From assembly GCA_964016885.1 (NCBI GenBank), contig OZ024740.1:380494001-380558000 (forward strand): a stretch of 64,000 bases of DNA. The letters are read 5' to 3'. This stretch comes from Eledone cirrhosa. Its lineage: Eukaryota. Below, in pieces: positions 57,208 to 64,000 of the stretch. Both the position numbers and the translations under genes were made by a program. How positions within the stretch are numbered: the first letter of the stretch is position 1; each line of letters starts with the position of its first letter. The notes beneath the pieces were generated by a model. The model saw only the letters and a list, made by a program, of their open reading frames with translations, had not been told where the DNA came from and did no database searches.

Positions 57208-58730
57208 CTAAAAATAAAAATAAAATGTTTGTTATAGGTCCCCACATTTCTTGTATTGAGAAAAATATTCATATATATGTATTACATAAAAATAGACAAT
57301 TTTCTCTGATTTTTTATTTCAAAATTGGTTATTTATAATATCCATTCAAAGTTTCAATTTCCATGTCCAAAAGAGATGTTTCCTTTAATGTTGGAGTACA
57401 AGCCTTTTGATATTTAATTCCATCTCTGTAGATGTGGAGTTGAATTTCTCTTCATTCCACAGAATTCATCTAAATAAACAGAATTCATCTAAAAAACATA
57501 AATCTACTGTGATCAATACAATTACATCCCACACCTAAAAAATTGTTGAATTGTGCTAACATAAAAAAAAAAATAAATCAACATCATCTCTGCAGGTGGT
57601 AAACTGATAGAAACAGTGATGTATCAAACTCGATTCAATCAACTTTACACTTTTCTTCGAAAAGAATTGGCCTTCTGCCTTGTCAAAGAAATCAATACAA
57701 GTCATCTTTATTTCTTTTGAAAGCATTATGCTAGCATCTTGTACAACAGATAACACAACTAGCAATCAGTTAATCTACAACAGACATCTCTATCAGAATC
57801 ACTATCATACTCATAAAACAACTATTATTCCACTAAGAATGTAAGAAGTACAAATGATTGTCTTAATTATATTGTCGATAGTTCTAGTTAATATATTCTA
57901 CAAAGCATTGAATTGAAATTAAGAATCAAAAGATCACAAATCAGAAGGTAAAAATTAATTCTATTTATTTTAATACAGTCTTAAATATTCATTTATTTAT
58001 CCTACATAGCAACAAAGGTAGCAAATTCATGGAATCATTAAAGTACTGGACAATACCTGACAATATTTGTTCCAGCTTGTTAGATCTTGAGTTTAAATCC
58101 TGCTGATGTTAACTTTGCCTTTCATCCATCCAGGGATTAGTAAAATAAAGTACAAGTCTAGTTCAGTGCATAAGTGCATTGGACAAAATACTATCAGTAT
58201 TAGTTCTGGTTTTCTGTTTTACAAGTCCTCAGGCAGTTGAGTCTGTATCTAGCTAATAAGATGGTGTCTTATAAAAAAAAAAAAACATAACCAAAGGAAG
58301 ATAATGAAAAAACATTTGTTCTTTCCCATGAAAATTCCATGACAAACAGATAGTGCTTTTCAAAGAAGTCACCAGGGATCATTCATTGGCCTGATGACAT
58401 AGAAAGAAAGAACTGGTAATTGACTCAATAAATGTATTAATTTGAGAGTAATAAAATCAACTTAATTCAGTAAGAATTACTTTACAGAATATATCAAGAT
58501 ATAGCCCTGCATTATAGAAATATTTTTTTTATTCTTAGCTATTAGAATGGAAAGGACTTTATAAATTTTAGGATACTACTAGAATGCAAATGACCTTTGA
58601 GAAATTTCTTTTTAAATAAACTATAAATGTTAAGCAATTATATACATTGTCTAAAGTTCAAACAAAACCTGAATTCACAACCTATCATAAGTAATCTAAT
58701 GCTTTAATCTTACAATCACTGAAGTAATAT

Positions 58731-58763
<33 letters not shown>

Positions 58764-58806
58764 TATCATCATTTTACGTCCAGTTTTCCCTGCTTGCAAG
58801 GGTGGG

Positions 58807-58843
<37 letters not shown>

Positions 58844-59619
58844 GGTGCAGGTATGGTTTATGGTTAAATACACTTTACAACCATATCTTTGATCTAATTC
58901 CATTATATGAAATCTTGAAGTATCTTCTATAGCCAGAGATAGATCAATACTTTGTGAATGGAGAAACTGTGTGGAAACCCATTCTATATGTGTATATGTT
59001 TATACTGGTCTAAAAAACTGGTGTTATTTATGCTGTGGACATTGTGTCCTGTAAGTTGTTCAACAAATATAAGTATCAGACTGAAATAAGTACTGGGATA
59101 AATATGATTGATTAAACTTTTGACCGTCACAGTCCAATGACTGAAACTAATAAAAGACTGAAAAATAATATCTTTTTTCTTAAATCCTTTTTTCAATATT
59201 TTATGTCCATTTGCCATTTTAGCAAATCAGGTATCATTTTCTCAGCAGAGCTGTTCTGATAGAGAACAGGTTGCAGGTCGTGGATAGCGATACAGCCACT
59301 AGATATGATGATTAGTTGAGATATAAGTCGGCTCCTGCTAAATGAATAAGCAACTCTGGATGAACAGAGGTAAACTAATAGGGGAGATGGAGCAATGGGT
59401 AACACTGTTAGCTCCAAGAAAATTCTCACAACCCAGTGATGTTATTACAAGGCAAGTAAAGGCCACCTCTAAAATAAGCCTAATCTTTGTGATTCTGAGA
59501 GAGTACCAAATTGGTGACTGGCACAAATAAGATCAAAGCACTGCAATATGGTTAGACACAATAAAGGCAGTCATGCCATATCATCCTTCATACAGGAGGA
59601 TAACAAGGGATGTGTTCAG

Positions 59620-59825
59620 GTCTTAGGTAGAGGGGCAAAACCAACCGAAAGGAGACCTAGGGGTAGACCCCAAGCAAAATTGTCAGATAACAACCAGGTG
59701 CTTGGCTGGTCTCGCTTGAGGATCCAGCCAGATGAATTGGCGACTGTTGTTTCTGACAGGACCTGCTGGATGGCATGCTTCAGGACTGCCCCCACAACTC
59801 TCCCAGGAATAAGTGGGTGAAAAAG
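59620..59825 (+). mobile_element. RTE-like LINE 3' remnant
   Basis: RRPRGRP...W C-terminal motif. Confidence 0.55.
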
Positions 59826-62800
59826 AAGGCATTATTATTAAATTCTAAACAAAGACTTTCATTAACTGTAAGAGTAAATTTTACAGATGGATCCCTTTTT
59901 TATTGGCCTATATACACATACCACTCCCAAGAAATATAAGGCCTTTGAAACTTTTAATATTACTTTTAACCCTTTTGATACAATATTTCTAATGAAAGAC
60001 ACAGTATATGATTTTCAAATAATTTTGAAAATAACATTTTGAAGTGATTTATATCTTTCTCAATATTTAGCTTATTTAAAGTGATTTGATAATATAACTA
60101 ACCATCTCATTATTAAAGTTATTGGAAAATAACAAAAATTCTAACATAGAAATATAATGGAAGGTTTCTAGATGGCTCTAAACACCTTAAAACACAATTT
60201 AGTATCATAGAGCCAAGGGTAGTTTCAGGTGGTTTGGTATCAAAAGTCTCAATAGAGTACTGGAAGACAGAATTGGTAGTAATGGTCAAAATTCCTTAGT
60301 TGTGACCTTTTCTACCCACAAAATGTGTGGACTTGTGCCTATGTTAGAAATCATTATTAGCCCAACTACATTGCTGAACACCAGGTTTAGGGTTTATTTG
60401 CATCACATTCTGATAATATTACCCGTTAACCCTTTTGATACCAACCCACTCGAAACTGCCCTGGTTCCCTGGAACAAAACAAACCATTTAAAAGGTGTCT
60501 TTTTAAATTAAAATCTTCCAACATAATATTTATAAAAAACTTTTTTTAATATTACAAATGCCATCTTAAAAATTGAAGTAATTTTCACAAATGCCTCCAA
60601 ATTCTTCATTGATGAATAAAAATAGTGTATTTTATCAGAAAATATGGTAATGAAAAGGTTAATTCATCCCCATTCTTTCTTTGATTATTTTTCCTGTAAG
60701 ATAATATTGCAGATAAAAGGTGGCACCACCAACAACCAATAAAGGGAGTTATAAAATAAAATGACAAAATATGTTATACAAATTTTGAGCAGTTAATCAA
60801 CTTAGATGTGCTTGGTTAAAACAAAGTTCCATAAAAGTTAATAGCTTAACTCCAAGTTAGATCTGTACAAGCAGGCTAAGGATCAAAAGCATTCCAGTTA
60901 TGGCCATCACCTTTTTGTATACCTAGGACTACATTGTTGAATGTATCTTTCTTTTTTGAAGATGGTAGGGTGTGATTTAAAAACGATTTGGTGGTAGTTT
61001 GTTTATTGGCTTAAAAGTTAATTACAGATTAAGCTAGCAACTACCATTAAAAATATAGTTATATATGTTTGATGAGCTGAACTATATATGATTTCAATGG
61101 GACATCAATTTTTCTTAAGAATGGAGAATTAATTCATCGCTTCAGTAACTTTCCATATAATAAAGGTTGATAACCTCAAATATAAATCACAAACCAAACA
61201 CCACAAGAATTATTCTGAAAAAAATCTTCTGCAAAAATAAACTGCCAACCAGAAGAGGGTGTTGTTATTGTTGAGCCCAAAGTCAACTTCAATTGAGGAG
61301 ACCCTTTCTCCAATATGGAAAAATACAGTTGGGGAAGGCAGTGGTGTAAAGTTAAACAAAATGTTTTGAGCAAATCTGCTCTGTAAAACTTTTCGGAAAT
61401 ACATTTCAGTGAATTTAATCTATACTTTTAAATACAAATGCTTACAAGTGGATCTCAATTGAAGAGTCAAGAGATTATATCCTACACATGTTGCAATGAC
61501 CTAAATACACTTAACTCTCAGTAACCTAATTAAACACAAATATGTAAAATGGGTACAGCTTACTGGTGTAAGTAGCAGAAACTCTAATAGTCATGAGTAT
61601 TTTTGTAATCCCTGTGCTGAGTTTAAATTGCATTGGGCATATTGCTTAAATAAGGGTGAATTTTGCTAGAACAAAAGCTGACATTAGTTGCAATGTTCAG
61701 TACATACATTTAATGCAATTAAAGTACAAGAGTATTTTCCTTTGATAAGGCATATGTATCTATTCTCATGAAATTTATAAGAAGGAGAGGTCAGAAAGAT
61801 AACTGAAGAGTTTCAAGTGAACTTCTATCAGTGGTCGAAAGGTCCTAGCAGATAAATTATATAAAAATTAGAAATACATAATCATCATCATCATTTAACG
61901 TCCATTTCCACGCTAACATGGGTAGGACTCCATAAACAATGAAAATCAATCTTTAAATTGTCAGAGTGGAATAATATGGCTAGTTGAAAAACTAAGAGTG
62001 GTTTAATTAACCATCTCTCTTGGCTACATTGAACATAAAAAAATCAACTTTCACATCCAAACAAAAGATTTGCTTCTGAAAATTAAAGCAGATCTATCAA
62101 TATTTTAACTGATAGCCAAAGTTCAATGAGATTATTATTCAGGTGGAAACATTGAGAAAAATCTGCATACACACACACACTAAACACTGGTTTTAGTCAG
62201 TTGTGTTGTACATCATGATTTTACATCCGTTCTCCAAGCTGTCAAGTGTTGGACAGGTTCCCATGGTCCCAGACTAGACTAAGTCAAGGAACTATATCTT
62301 ACACATACATTTCATATTTGGCATGGTTTCTACAATTGGATGCTTTTCCTAACACCAACCATTTTACAGAGTGTACAGGGTGTATTTTATTGCAGCACCA
62401 ACACTGTAACATTACAGAGTAGACTGGGTCCATTTTTATGTGACACCCACACTAGAAAGGTTGTCATATGCTTATCCAAACTGAAGAGTCCTCTCTACTC
62501 TGATTGTCAACCACTTTACAGTGACACTAACAATGTACACAGGGTCCTCTGTACTTCATGTTGTCTTGGTCTTTCTGGCAGGAGTGGGGAACTATGTTTC
62601 ATTGTCTCACCAAACATTGTCTTGTCTACTGCAGGCAAAAGGAACCTCTCATCACATTTACTTTTAGCATCCTAGTCCTTGTACTGGTGGGTGGATCTTT
62701 TGTATTATATCATATTTCCAGTTAAATCCATCATGTGTCATCTCTTTTGTAAAGGTTCTTGTGGTTATTCTTTATCATATCTTTCTTGGTCTCTCTCTAC

Positions 62801-63076
62801 TGCAAATACAATCAAATTCAAGTGCTCTGCACTTTTTTCATACAATTCTTGTTCTCTTTATGCATCACTTGACCATACCAGTGCAATCATCTCTTTATTT
62901 GATTGCTCTTATACTTAGCTTTTCTCTCAATTCACATGTGCTCTGTTTATGCACACTAACATTACACATCCAGCAAAGCATGCATGCATTCATTTCTTTT
63001 TCATAGGTTAAAGTCAATGTAACATTGCAGTTTGAATACAAGCATCATATAATCTGCCCTTCACTCATATATATAT

Positions 63077-63696
<620 letters not shown>

Positions 63697-64000
63697 TATC
63701 CCGGGTTCAATCAGGGGGTAACCATATTTTATATATATATAATATTTAGAGAAAAGCCCTTTTGCCAGCAGAGTTAACAGCTCACTGAACTTCTTTCTGC
63801 TTTTGTTTAACATAAGAAAATAAAGAATTCTAAATATACATTTTCCAGCAGAAGTATGTGTGTATGTAATGTATAAATCAGGTACACTCACATCTTACAA
63901 ATAAAAGAGTATGAGTATGAATGACTATGTAATTTTGATTTCCTTTTGGAAGAGCTAATACAGGAAATATGTCTAAGTGTAACTTAACACCAGACATAAA

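Noticed and set aside
60700-60750. Upstream WDR45B exon (VGG-like codons on -)
   Set aside because: Does not encode the expected LFRCNYLALVGGG order and has no fitting splice sites.

Overview
AT-rich metazoan genomic DNA; the repeat content suggests an octopus or other cephalopod (inference). 1-29.3 kb is a sea of interrupted (TA)n microsatellite packed with Penelope-like element (PLE) insertions. It holds one near-complete RT+GIY-YIG element (probably Hydra clade) inside a 6.6-kb fold-back, a second 4.1-kb fold-back, remnants of other PLE families and a 312-bp retrozyme-like array. By eye I count about 24 type I hammerhead ribozyme (HHR) motifs (one of them at 42.7 kb) from 6-7 unrelated sequence families. 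Nearly every HHR-bearing insertion is an inverted pair of 3' ends, one carrying a family-specific tail and one stopping at a fixed internal point. 29.3-64 kb is ordinary gene space: the last three coding exons of an unassigned WD40 gene (+), the last seven coding exons of WDR45B/WIPI3 (-), RTE and CR1-group LINEs and tRNA-derived SINEs. All alignments and folds were done by eye; nothing was computed or searched.
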